The notes below the pieces were generated by a model. That model saw only the letters and a program-made list of their open reading frames with translations. It made no database searches and was not told the origin of the DNA. Below, in pieces: positions 25,200 through 37,674 of a stretch of DNA of 64,000 nt; positions within the stretch are counted from its first letter, which is position 1; each line of letters starts with the position of its first letter. The DNA comes from Sphaerodactylus townsendi (Eukaryota): the NCBI RefSeq assembly GCF_021028975.2, contig NC_059435.1:54560001-54624000 (forward strand), written 5' to 3'. The translations under genes and the position numbers were made by a program.

Positions 25200-25764
25200 G
25201 TAATATATTTAAAATTCTTTTGACGTTTGTTAATAATGGTTTAAATGAAACATGAAGAAAAAGCTGGAAAGAACTTGGGAGTTGCTTAAATATGGATCAT
25301 TATAAAGGTTGGTTTGAGAGAACAGCTTGCAAATTGTGTTTGGGGAGAGATGGAAGATGTAGTTGGAATATCCTTCTTTCCCCTTATTAATAAATTCAAT
25401 ATAACCTGGTCTTTCATTACCTTCAAAAATAAATGGATTTTAGTAAATAAAAGTAGACAGTTGTGAAGATCTCTCTCTCTTTTTCTCTCCTCTTCTCTTC
25501 TGAATATTGTCTAGATTTTGTGACTCCTAATTTTTGTGATAGTGTGTAAGGAGAAAGTAACTTTGATACACGATCTCTAACCTGATATGCAATTCTTAAC
25601 ATTAAATGTTAGTTGTGTCCAGAAAACTGCATGTAGGAAGCCTTTTCCAGAAACCGATCCCCCTTTTCTCAAGGCTACAATTAAGTTGGTGCAGTAAATA
25701 AACTGTCATATTTATGTGTTGTTCCTTGAAAGTTGGAAATAATATAATTTTACCTTTGCTACAG

Positions 25765-25911
25765 GGTCATCCAAAAGTTTGTGAAAAATTAAAAGCCCTC
25801 ATGGTGGAATGGACAGATGAATTCAAAAATGACCCCCAACTTAGTCTGATATCTGCTATGATAAAAAATCTTAAAGAGCAAGGTGTTACATTTCCAGTTA
25901 TTGGTTCACAG
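25765..25911 (+). CDS. STAM: STAM exon 5 (end of VHS)
   Basis: [49 protein letters not shown]. Confidence 0.97.
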
Positions 25912-26138
25912 GTAATTTGTTAATACGCCAGAAGCTGTACATAACCTGGGAGCAAGGTCTAAAAATGCATATGTTGTCTGTGACTTTTACTCTTTGTTTG
26001 TAACAGAAGGCATTGCAGTGTAATATGCTTATAAAGACGAATAAAAATAAGTACCTTTCTAGTAGGCTTGTTTCTGATATATTCTGATTGAATGTTTTGC
26101 ACTCAGTTTTGTAGTAATTTTCCATGTCCTTTGACTAG

Positions 26139-26229
26139 GCTGCGGAACAAGCAAAGGCAAGCCCAGCCCTGGTAGCCAAAGATCCTGGAGTCGTAGCAAA
26201 CAAGAGAGAGGAAGAAGATATAGCTAAAG
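26139..26229 (+). CDS. STAM: STAM exon 6 (start of UIM)
   Basis: AAEQAKASPALVAKDPGVVANKREEEDIAK. Confidence 0.96.
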
Positions 26230-26329
26230 GTAGGCTGTTCCATCGAAATACTTAAATGATCAAGGCTGACAACTTGGATGTTCGTGAAATTCTGTAATTT
26301 ACAAAAAACTGATATTAGATTCCATAGAT

Positions 26330-27320
26330 CGGACGCTAGTTTAAACAGGTTAATTTTTGAGCTTTGTGCAGGTAGTTTTTAAGAGACCTGGTCAAAGTGA
26401 TTTGAATCACAGTTTAAATCACTGGTCGTCGAGACTTGATTTAAATCATGGTTTTTTTGTATAAAGACTAATTCTTGCTGCTATAGTCTTCACATTCACA
26501 ACCAGATGAAGGTTTTATTTTTAGAATAATGCCTGCCTTATCCATAGGTAGAGGAACTTCATTAAAGTATTCCCAGATTTGATCTCTTATATGACCTGTT
26601 GCCATGACAGGTTTTTCTCCTTAGGGAGAGAATATGATAATCTCAAGACTTGTGGAACATTCTGCTGAAAAGGTTTTGCTTCCATTTTTACTGCTTGCCC
26701 CTCCCTCCTCACCCTTAGTTGCTTGCGCAGATCTATTCCACTACAAACAATCTTCTGTTCATTGAATTCTTGAAACTTGGTCCTTAAGAGGCAAGAGATG
26801 GATTCTGTGTACATAAATTTACACAGTAACCGTAATTTACAGCAAAAATGGTTACGCTAAGGTCTTTAAAAAAAAAGACAGTAAGGTATTTTTTAAAATT
26901 CTATTTTGTAACATTTTTACTTTTAAGAAGAGGCATGTTACCTCTGCAGACACAGATTAACTAGTTTTGAGAACTGCCAAACCAAGCTTTTTTGATAATA
27001 CCTTCTAGATGGAAAAACTGCCCAAAATAATCATATAGAAACCTCTGGAAGAGCATGACATTGTGAATGGATTAATGGAATTCATTTACCCCCAAAACCC
27101 CTATACGTTGCATGAATTATATATTTATGCTACATCTCATGCTACATAATTGAAAAATAATTTTTATTTCATGATGAATACCTTTGGACTATAATCCCTA
27201 TTTCATGATGAATATAGAAAACTATTTAAACTATCTTTAAATAATTTTTTCTCCAAAGGCTTTTTATTTAATAAATCCAATTTAAATGTTAAAAAAATAT
27301 TTGATTTTTATCTACCCTCG
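26330..27320. mobile_element. Old DNA transposon remnant (hAT-Tip100/Zaphod-like)
   Basis: Repeated gatttaaatca motifs and a tgatttttatctaccct end typical of this group; boundaries approximate. Confidence 0.45.
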
Positions 27321-28133
27321 TATTATTTTAAAGGCATTTTAATGAGGGAATGGAAAAGGAGGCTTGGAGGGGAAAACAGTTGCAGTTGAAAGATCTTTGC
27401 TCCTATCTGTACTTGTTCAGCAGCACACAGCATTTTCCCCTCAAGCAGTCCCCCCCCCCGCCCCCCTGCCCCGCTCCTTCTGGGCACATGCACCATGAAA
27501 TAAACTGTTGCTGAAGCACACACATTTTGAGAGTAGTGATTTCACTAGAAGATTGATGTTCAAATTAAAGGACCCCATAAGCATTTTTGTGCACCTGAAT
27601 GATGTCTGTGAATCATAACCTCTGTAGGTTAGAGCCAGCATGGTGTAGTAGTGGTTCTCTCTGGGATCCCGGATTCAAATCCCCACTTTGCCATGGTAGC
27701 TTGCAGGACAACCTTGGGGCCCTCATACTCTCTCAGCCTAACCTCCCAGGGCTGTAGTGAGGATAAAATGGAGAAGAGAATGGTGTAAGCTACTTTTGGT
27801 CCTCATTGAGGAGAAAACGAAGATGTAAATCAAGTTAATAATTAAGAATAAGCAAATAGGGTCGGGACAAAGAAGGGACAGTGCAATGTAGTTAAACATT
27901 TACAGTGAACGAATCCATATCCTGTGCCAGGCCTTGCCTCCCTGTCTCTCTGTGTCTTTAGCAAAAAGTGGCAGTGGCATGTCTTCGTGGTTTTCTCTGC
28001 AGTTGCATTTGCTAAAGATGTTCTTAAGAAGTTAAAATCTTTTCCGACTGTTCTCAGAGTGGTTGAAATTCAGAAAGACAAATCCTTTTGGTTTTGTCTA
28101 TTGAAACTGAGGTGGATTAATTCTTTTTTGCAG

Positions 28134-28326
28134 CTATTGAATTGTCACTGAAAGAACAAAGACAACAGCAGACTCCACTTTCTGGCCTTTATCCAAGCGC
28201 CTCAAGTCTCCTGACAAATCATAAACACGAGGGCCGGAAGGTTCGCGCTATTTATGACTTTGAAGCTGCTGAAGATAATGAACTAACATTTAAAGCAGGA
28301 GAGCTTATCACCGTGCTTGATGACAG
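28134..28326 (+). CDS. STAM: STAM exon 7 (UIM end, SH3 start)
   Basis: [12 protein letters not shown]...[30 protein letters not shown]. Confidence 0.97.
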
Positions 28327-28541
28327 GTAAATGTTGCAAAGCAGATTTCGTGGAGGCAGATGAAAATCCCCCGAGGCTGCAATTCTGTGCACAGGTTATA
28401 GGATTGTTCCATTTATTGCAGTGAGACCTATACTGTGCAAGTTTACATCTTAAATCATATAGTGCTGCTTGTATTTGTCACTTTTATTTCATTTTGGGTT
28501 AGCATACAAGTAAAATGGGTCAAATTATAGTGTTATATTCG

Positions 28542-28880
28542 CAGCCCAATCCAGATGGAGGGGCAACTGTGCTGTAGGAGCAGTGGAGGGCTACACCAAC
28601 GCCTTTGCCCCCTCTGCCAGTATAAGGGGCACCTATGCCAGCAGAGGGAGCAAAACGCTGGTATCTCACCACCCTAAATCTCCATCCCTGGCCATGCCTC
28701 CAGAATGCACCCAGCCATGTTGGCACAGCATCGTGTACTGACAGGTCTAGAAAATGGCAGCCACAGAGTCACGCAGCTCCCAGGTACCTGCGCATTTACC
28801 CCTTACGCCAGCAGAGTAGGCACCAGCACAAGGCAGCTTTGGCTCCATAGGTGAGTCTGCCTCTCCCCCCAGATTGGGCT
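28542..28880. mobile_element. MITE-like element with cagcccaatc / gattgggct termini; degenerate relative at about 4190-4570
   Basis: Terminal inverted repeat around a GC-rich interior in an AT-rich intron. Confidence 0.6.
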
Positions 28881-29129
28881 CTAAATTGTTTTGTTATCTA
28901 GTTTGTCCTCCTCATTAAGTGTCTCACATGAATTGTCTCCCTTGATGCCTAATTCTTCATGTTTTAATGGAGCTGTAGGAAAAATGGTGAATATACTTGC
29001 TTGAAGTCTGTGCTAGAATAATTATGAATACTGTTAATTATGATCCTTTGAGATGGATATTAGAGGTTGAATTCAAGTAAGATTTTTAGCATTATAATAC
29101 ATAAGAGCCAGAGCAGTGTACTTATGTGA

Positions 29130-29255
<126 letters not shown>

Positions 29256-30026
29256 TAATTTAATATTCATGTAGAAAAATGCAGTGGCTTGCGTTGCAGC
29301 GAAGTGACATATATCTAGTCCAGGACAACTGATCTTGGTGTCACTATTTTGTACCAGACTTTCACTAGGTAGGTAATTTTGCAAACCCATTTATTTTATT
29401 TATTTATTTATTTATTAGATTTTTATACCGCCCTATCCCCGAGGGGCTCCGGGCGGTGTACAACAATAAACATTTAATGTAAGGCCTTAAAGGTTAACAC
29501 CCATACCTTATATTTGAGGCTTTTTTCTTCATAGTGTGATTAATTTCTGGTATGGTGATTACTTGGTTCAGAATTATTCTTTTCTCAGATGTAAATCTTT
29601 CAATTGGTACTTCTGTTAAATATTCCTCCATATCTTTTACATCTATAGAATTTTTTTATATAAAGACTTTAAACAATTATTTATTTATTCATGTATTTTT
29701 TGCTTTACATGAACTTTTTGNNNNNNNNNNNNNNNNNNNNNNNNNNNNNNNNNNNNNNNNNNNNNNNNNNNNNNNNNNNNNNNNNNNNNNNNNNNNNNNN
29801 NNNNNNNNNNNNNNNNNNNNNNNNNNNNNNNNNNNNNNNNNNNNNNNNNNNNNNNNNNNNNNNNNNNNNNNNNNNNNNNNNNNNNNNNNNNNNNNNNNNN
29901 NNNNNNNNNNNNNNNNNNNNNNNNNNNNNNNATTTTTCTCTTTTTCTTATAATACTAAATGTTTTATAACATTTTATTACAAAATGTTACTTTGCTGTTT
30001 ATTGTTTACCAAACTTATTTTTACAG

Positions 30027-30115
30027 TGAAAACTGAGAAGAAAACAGTGCAGTTTAATGATGAAGTACAAGTTGAAACTATTGAACCGGAGCCTGAACCT
30101 GTTTATATTGACGAA
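30027..30115 (+). CDS. STAM: STAM exon 9
   Basis: KTEKKTVQFNDEVQVETIEPEPEPVYIDE. Confidence 0.96.
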
Positions 30116-30886
30116 GTACGTGCAAAAACCTCCGCGATTAACTAGCTATTTAAAACCTCCTAGTTGGCACACTGGAGGCAGTCTTTCAACTGTTTACAAT
30201 CGTAAGAATGTATAAAAATAATGCTTTTCTTGGTTATTAAGCATATTAGATATTCCAAACATGCTTTGAGTGTGTGTTCTTTTCTTTTAGCATTGATAAA
30301 AGGGACTAATGGCTTCATTTCCAATTTGTTTGCCGGAAAAAAAGATCAAATGCATAATCTCTCCCATCAGACTAAATTTGTATGTCTTTGAGAGATGCTC
30401 CTTCAAAATAAATAAATAAAACTATCTTAAGCAGTGTTGTTTAAACAAGAAAATGTCTGTTTCTGTTTTCATCTTTTCCTTGCTTTTGAAGCACTTTTTT
30501 CAGATTAATCTAGATTGGCATTGAGTTTTTGAGACTGCTTAGTTTCTAATTTCTCTGTTCTTAATATCTGTTTTTGTTATGTTCTAAGAGGCTTAATTTT
30601 AATGAAATCAGTTGCCTGCTTTGTTGCACATATAATTTTAAAAGAAATACTCATGATCCTGCCTATTATAATTAATTCACTACTTAAGCGTGCACTTGAT
30701 CATGTGTGTTTGTAATATTTTATATATTTTAATATTTTGTGTTGAAATTCTTGTCTTTGTAATCTGTTCTTTAATACTAGCCTTTTCTAGTGTCTGGCAG
30801 ATCTGTTATATACATGAGATTATTATGTAGCTGTTTCAGATTCCTGTATTTTAGTACTTATTCTATGATGTAAATATTGTGTACTG

Positions 30887-30905
30887 AACCACTAGGTGGT
30901 AGTGG
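30887..30905 (+). promoter_or_regulatory. Candidate CTCF site in STAM intron 9
   Basis: aaCCACTAGGTGGTAGtg versus consensus CCASYAGRKGGCRS (one mismatch). Confidence 0.5.
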
Positions 30906-31778
30906 TACTTGCAGAACCAGTGATAGAAAATAGCAACACCACATAGAAAAAATTTACACAATTGCTGGGGACACTTGAAGTTACTTTGTGAATGAAAACG
31001 TACTGACTCTGTCAGATAATGTATATGCATTTATCAGAAAGCAAAGTATTTCTGCTGCATGTTTAATCATTTCAAAATGTATCTTTAGTTAATCAGGCCA
31101 TAATTTTTTAAAAAAAGAAAAGAAAATAGGTAGTTTTTAATAGAATTTGCAAAACAAAAACCCACATCATTTTACAGGGATTGTTCCATTCTTACATAAA
31201 AGGAACTGATGATCCTTAGCATAATAATGTTTATATCATCTAACTATAGGAGTTATTTCTCCTTCAAAACTCTAGCTCCTAAGCAAATTTATGCTGATTG
31301 GATTGATTTTTTAAATTAACCAATTGATTAAAATTTCAGCGACTATTAGTGATATTTTATATAAAGGGCATTTATTATTGATGAGCATCTGGTAGGGAAT
31401 TATGAACTGGTATTGTCAACTCTTTTTATAGTAGTTGTAGTAATGCTCAGGAACAATGATGCATTTTGTGCATGTGTGATAAGACTTTTTATTGGGGTCA
31501 TTGCATTGTGATTCCTGTGGGTAACATTCAGAGGGCAGTGTAACTATTTTTGTCTTCCTTCCCAGCGGGGCTTTGGTTTTATTTCTTAAAGAGCTTCTTC
31601 TTGCTGTGCAACAGTAGAAGCAAAGGGGATGTTTCAAAATCAGCATCTGATAGGGTATTATGTACTTTGCGTACTGAAAAACCCACTGAGCATGTTTAGC
31701 GCACCTAGAATAGTTCCCAGCATGCACAAAAAAATTCTCATAGCCTGGGATCTAAACAACAAACCTTTCTTATTGTAG

Positions 31779-31866
31779 GATAAAATGGATCAGCTGTTGC
31801 AGATGCTTCAGAGTGCAGATCCATCTGATGATCAACCGGATCTTCCAGAGCTGATTCACCTTGAAG
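31779..31866 (+). CDS. STAM: STAM exon 10 (GAT/coiled-coil)
   Basis: DKMDQLLQMLQSADPSDDQPDLPELIHLE. Confidence 0.96.
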
Positions 31867-32151
31867 GTAAATTTTCAAATGTCTTTTCCCCCCACTGTCC
31901 TCCAAGACTTACAAATGTTCTCTCAGCTGAGAACAGGGGAGGCAGTTAGCACCCCAAGCTTCACCACTGAAATTTGTAGTACTGTTTACTCCAGAACCCC
32001 TTTGTCCACTTTTCTTTAAAATATTTTGTCTCTTCTTATTGAATTACTTCCCTTAAATTTAAAAAATAATTTTCATCGCTACTGATGCAAAAAAAAATTG
32101 TTGTAGAACTGGTTGAGACTTACAGTAGTTAATCTAAACTTTTATTTCTAG

Positions 32152-32206
32152 CAATGTGCCATCAAATGGGACCACTCATTGACGAAAAGCTGGAAGACAT
32201 AGACCG
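32152..32206 (+). CDS. STAM: STAM exon 11
   Basis: AMCHQMGPLIDEKLEDIDR. Confidence 0.96.
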
Positions 32207-32909
32207 GTAAGAATAGATGTTCATAGGGAAAGGCCATCTTGTAACATCAATTGTTTATGCTAACTATTCCCATAAACATTTTAAAACAAAATTCAAGGAC
32301 TTCTTTTCACATATATTGTTATTACTTTAATAGTACAGAACTACTTTCATAGCACAGAATAGTACAGAATTTTATAGAATGCACAGTGACTTATGCTAGA
32401 CTTCTGATGACTAATAAGACATTTGATTGTTTTAGCACAAACTGTTCTTTAGCTGTTTAGTAGAAATTACTCAAAAGGACTGTAAACTGATTTAAAGGAG
32501 ATCATTGTTTTCCCATATGCTGAAAGCAGGATATGTCTCTTCCTAGCAGCTGTTTCTAATGGTGGTTCTAGTAATTCAGAGGTGGTATCAAAGTTCCTTC
32601 AGTGGTCAAGAATAGTGCCTCTATGTAGCACTTTGTATTCTGTAAGTGCTTGGAAAAGAGGATGGAGCTGGCTGCTCTTATCATGAAGCTGGGTCCCCCT
32701 CCTCCATTTTTTTTGCTGCAATGTTTACCTTTGTTTGCAGGGAATGTTATTTCTTTTTGCTATGGTAATATTTTCTATTATCTGTGATTCTGAGAACCCA
32801 TAGATAATGTATAGCTTCTAAATAGCTACAGAGCCCTCTGGGGGTGGGCAGTATATTCAGTGGAACAAATAAATAAATAAAATAATAATTGTATACATTC
32901 ATTATTCAG

Positions 32910-33063
32910 GAAACATTCAGAACTCTCAGAGCTCAATGTCAAAGTGATGGAGGCACTCTCGCTATATACCAAGTTGATGAATGAAGATCCAATGTATTCC
33001 ATGTATTCAAAACTACAAAACCAACAGTATTATATGGGACAGTCAGGCGTTCCTGGCTCTCAG
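32910..33063 (+). CDS. STAM: STAM exon 12 (coiled coil / ITAM-like region)
   Basis: [51 protein letters not shown]. Confidence 0.96.
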
Positions 33064-33496
33064 GTTTGTGTCCTGGTGTTCTGATGGCCTGTGGTACATA
33101 CTGTGCTGATGAGACATTTTATTTGTAATAACTTGTGGGAAATGTTTTTGTGCAGTAGTATGTTGTGGCAATCATGGACTAGTGATTCATTTGAGCATGA
33201 AATGTATGGAGTTTTGTATAAATTTCTTTGTTCCTTTATTCAGATTTACTGTTCCTTTAATCAGGGAACAGATACAAAGTAGTAGTGCGGATATCCTAAT
33301 TGGTTTGTGTTAATATATATTAATGGTTGTTAACATAGCTCTGTCTTTTAACAATGTTTACTTACTATATTGACAAAGCTAGATGTTTTCTAGTAATGTT
33401 TCCACTGATAAATGCAGAACAAAGTAATTAACTTTTCAGTGGGCAAGGAAGTGGAGTATTTTTATCTTTATCTCTGCCCTTTGCATTTTTTTTAAG

Positions 33497-33672
33497 GTCT
33501 ATCCAGGACAACCTCAAAGTAATGCATATCTGATGGCAGGGAATGCACAGATGGGCCATGTTCAAGGCTATAGTCTTCCTTCGGAGCAAGTTCCATCTCT
33601 CAACCAAGGCACAGTTCCTCCGCCGGCAAGCTCAGGATTACCTAGCCAGCCAGTTCAGACATCTTATACAAA
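33497..33672 (+). CDS. STAM: STAM exon 13
   Basis: VYPGQPQSNAYLMAGNAQMGHVQGYSLPSEQ...QTSYT; AA|GTaatt donor. Confidence 0.93.
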
Positions 33673-34404
33673 GTAATTGTGAAAATGAAAATAACCGAAA
33701 CTTGATCTTAACTCCGTATATTTGACATATTCATTTTCATAGCATCTGCAATCTGCTCCTTTTATAGAATGTGAGGCTCGGCAGTTGCATGACCTCGAAT
33801 TTGAACTGTTATTTGAGCTGAGTATCCTTAGTTTAAGTGCATGTGTAGGAGAAGTATTTTATGGCATATCCCAGACCTCTTTATGAACATTATAATGTAT
33901 CTAAGACTACTGTATGCCATTAAATTGGAGCCTACTAAAAAGGTACAGCTCAGTAAGACCTCGGCAGCAAGTTTATCTGTCCACTTTATATATTGATTTC
34001 ATGGTCAGATTATAGGCTTGGCGATCCTTGCGCCGCCGGTCCAAGCATCTGCCGAAAAGGCAGTTTACAAATGACAAGTGACAGACTCCAATCTGGAGAA
34101 TCCATTCCTCCACGTATCTCTCAGATGTAACTTTGGGGAAGGATTGCAGGGAGGGGCGGGGTGGGGTGGGGAGCCTGGTTGTAGAAGCAGAGGTCTGTTC
34201 ACATTGTTACCGGCTGCGTTCATCGCCACAGCACTCCGGGTCATATTCGTCTGCATACGTGTTGTTTTCTCTTCCTTCCAGTTTGTTACGCTGCGGGAGT
34301 GTTCCTCAGGGCAGATTCTAGTCAGGTTTTTTTTTTAACCTGCCTTTCTCAAACTCTACCGCCCTCCGTCCATCGAAATATTTTCTTTTCCGTTTTACTT
34401 CCAG

Positions 34405-34646
34405 CGCCCCACGGCTTAAGTCCGTTCCTGGAAACACTTCATTCTAACCAAGTTTCCGTGTACAGCCCGCCGTCGGTTGCTACTGCTGACGTTGCCGCCT
34501 ACCAGAATTCTGGAACTATCTCCCAGGTGCCAAACTATAACTTAGTCTCTTCAGCCCTGCCTCAGCCACCGGGCAGCCAACCTCCACCACAGCAACAACC
34601 TCCATCATCACAACAAAATAATTACTCCCAGAAGGCACTACTATAG
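34405..34646 (+). CDS. STAM: STAM exon 14 (last coding exon, ends YSQKALL*); apparent +1 frameshift near 34440
   Basis: Polypyrimidine tract plus cAG at 34403-34404; SVPGNT in one frame, VYSPP...YSQKALL-TAG in the next. Confidence 0.85.
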
Positions 34647-36060
34647 GATATAGGACTTTTGGATTCCTAATCTGCTCTAACCTCTGCTGAAGGCAGTTTA
34701 CAATGTTATAAGTTTATTCCTTTAATATCTTAAACAAGGGTTATCCTCGGCTTAATAGGAATCTTGGTGAACAAGTTTAATGATTCTATTTGCACTGACT
34801 TTTTAGATTTTTTTTTTAAATTTGCAAAGGAATTACACTAGGGCATTTAATTCCTTTTCAAATGCCTAAACATTGGTACAAGGGTTATTTATGTCTGCCA
34901 AAACTGGCTGGTTTGTGAAGACTCAACTTGGCAAACTGTTGTGGCATATATGTTATGTACACATAGCGTGTTTGTGTTAGTGGCTGTTTTTGAATTACTA
35001 TGGTGATCATGTGAATATAATAACAGTGTTAAATAATTTACATTACTGTTTTATTAATCATGAATTGGTGGACCATCTTCATGGATTTTATAAGGATGTC
35101 TGTTCAAGGTGTAGGGGAAAGCTCTAACCTGCATATCATAAATACACTTACAGGCTATGGATGTGCTCATGAAACTGAACTGCCCAGTTTTCATTAATTA
35201 TATTGAATGCAAGTGCGTCCTGCCTTCTGTAGCATTTGGTGCTACTACATGACATTATCTGCCAAAGTAAAGGGTCTGGGACTTCAGACACTCTGCATTC
35301 AAAGAAAATTCTGCTTTTATGAGTAGTGGTGATCTTCAAAATAATAACTTGCAAGCTGCTAAACAAATGGGACCATGAAGCACATCTGATCCGTTCATTT
35401 TATTGTTTAAATAATGTACCTGACATTTCCATGCCGGTTGTGTGTGTGTGTGTATGTATGTGTGTGTGTGTGTTACCTGAATGCTGAACTTTATGCTGTG
35501 TATACTGGTGGAGATCACACCAAAGACAGAGGAATTACTTTGGCTGTGAGTAAATGGCATTTTTAAACTGGAACAAAAATAATTACACTACATATATTAA
35601 AGTTTCATTCTTAAGGACTGGCCATAATTGTCAGATTGGCTGTGTGTTTTTTCATTAAATGCTTTGTGGCCTCCTTTAGCTTTTAGTACCCTCACATATG
35701 GATTCTGTACCTGTGCGGAACACAGGAGACCTTCTAGAGTTCTAACAACGGACGTTGTGCTTGTGCCTCTTCGCTCAAGGAGAAGCTTTGAAGAATTTTG
35801 CATGCCTTAGAATACATGGCTTGGATTTCTATGGTTTCAGGTTAAATTCTTATCATCTCCAGGATCTCGGGTAGGACGTTGTTAAGACCTTCGTTCCAGA
35901 TTGTGGAGAGCCATTTCCTCTTGACTTATGAAATATTTCAGTAGATGGTCCAATGGATATTTCTTCTTTTTCTATCTTTCTGTCCTGTAGCTAATTAGTC
36001 GTGTCAAAGGGACAGTCAGCAGGCCTTACAGACCCATCAAATAAAGAAAGTTGAATATTC
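34647..36060 (+). other. STAM: STAM 3'UTR with candidate poly(A) signals (ATTAAA 35596, AATAAA 36040)
   Basis: AT-rich, largely repeat-free sequence after the stop codon; the true end is not determinable. Confidence 0.5.
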
Positions 36061-36565
36061 CAGACTTGAAATTTTACTGAATTCTATAGACTTCTACCTG
36101 TTAGCACTTAGGATGGTGCACTCTTCTGGTTGCAGCGGGGTTCTTCTCCAGGTAGACTGGCGGCTGTTTATTTAGGAGCATACAGTAATCACTCAGACAA
36201 ACTGTTTGCTACTATGTATCTCTTGCACAAATTCTTCTTTCCTTCCCCCTTGCAAGTATCTTCCTGGATTTTATATTAAGAAAAGTCTCCAGAGGTTATG
36301 AAGGGGGGGGGGGATGTCTGCTCCATCCCTTGAGCAGTGCATAATTCTTCTCTTCTGGAACAGAAAGGTACATGAATGTGAACTTGATGGCAAGAGCTCT
36401 AGAATATTTTTGAAGTTGTTCTGCACAAGTACAGAAGCCCCTGTATATGGCCTCACAGAGGACCACTTGAAGAACATCGGCTACATGTAATTGACACATC
36501 TCTCTCTCTCTCTCTCACTGAATTCTTTTCTTGAGCACCACTTTTCTGCCTTAATTGTACATTTC

Positions 36566-36625
36566 ATCTTGTTTGATCTTAAAGAGTTAGGTGTGATCTT
36601 GTTTGATCTTAAAGAGTTAGGTGTG
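36566..36625. repeat. Perfect 30-bp tandem duplication
   Basis: atcttgtttgatcttaaagagttaggtgtg occurs twice in tandem. Confidence 0.95.
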
Positions 36626-36996
36626 GTACTTGAATAATTCTTTAAAGGTTCTCCGTTCAGATTTCCTACAGTTCGGGGCAATTTTGCTTTCAGTCACTTT
36701 GAATTCTTTGTAGCATATTTATAGGGCTTATATGTAATCTGTCAGTATAAAGAGTGACTTTTCCAAAATAATAATAAATGAGGTGCTAGTTAGCAGTGTG
36801 CACGTTACAGAGAACTTTTTAACAATTGGAAGAGTTCCAGGAACTGCTGTTTCTGCATCTGATAAGTTATGTACAAGATAGAGTTAGATATCTGGGAGTG
36901 ACTTTTATCTATTCAGTGAAGCCCTTGGTACAAAAGGCCCAGTTTGCTATCCAATGGTGGAAGCACCATCAGTTGCAACTTCTGGTGACCCTATAA

Positions 36997-37142
36997 CCAT
37001 GGTGGCGAACCTTTGGCACTCCAGATGTTATGGACTACAATTCCCATCAGCTCCTGCCAGCATGGCCAATTCACCATGCTGGCAGGGGCTGATGGGAATT
37101 GTAGTCCATAACATCTGGAGTGCCAAAAGTTCGCCACCACTG
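36997..37142. mobile_element. hAT-type palindromic MITE
   Basis: Hairpin with the same core; perfect TSD ccctataa. Confidence 0.9.
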
Positions 37143-37164
37143 CCCTATAAGGTTTTCAATCAAC

Positions 37165-37285
37165 AGACCAACAGAGGTGGTTTGCTGTTGCCTACTTCTG
37201 CATAGCAACTGTGGTCTTCCTTGTTGGTCTCCCAGCTGACCCTGCTTAGCTTCTGAGATGTGGTGAGATGAGCCATCTAAGCCAG
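37165..37285 (-). mobile_element. 5S rRNA-derived SINE fragment
   Basis: ggtctccca...gaccctgcttagcttctgagat is the reverse complement of the 5S internal promoter region, joined to a gtggtttgc..ttgcct motif. Confidence 0.6.
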
Positions 37286-37674
37286 GGTCTCTCTAAACTA
37301 ACTTGTGCAATACAGTCCATCATGGTGTCACAGGTACAGGCCAGGTGCAATAAGGTGCACAAGAGTTTGCTCTTTGTCTTCAGCAAGCCAACCCAACCAA
37401 TATGATGGAAGAAACACTTCTTGCTACCCCAGCTACAATGATGAATTAAGCTTTACTGAAATGAGACCTTTAATGGCATATCTGTTATCTGTTTAGACAT
37501 GCAGCATAAAAAAACTAAAATATTAAACCGTTGAATTAAGCTTTACTGGTTATGTACAGAAAGCTGCTAAAATTAATAGTGCAGATTTGTTTCTGGCTTC
37601 TAATTAGAATTCCAATACCCCAGTGAGTCAGAGGGTTGTCAGATCACTTGGAAAAATGGATCCCTCGAGACTCA

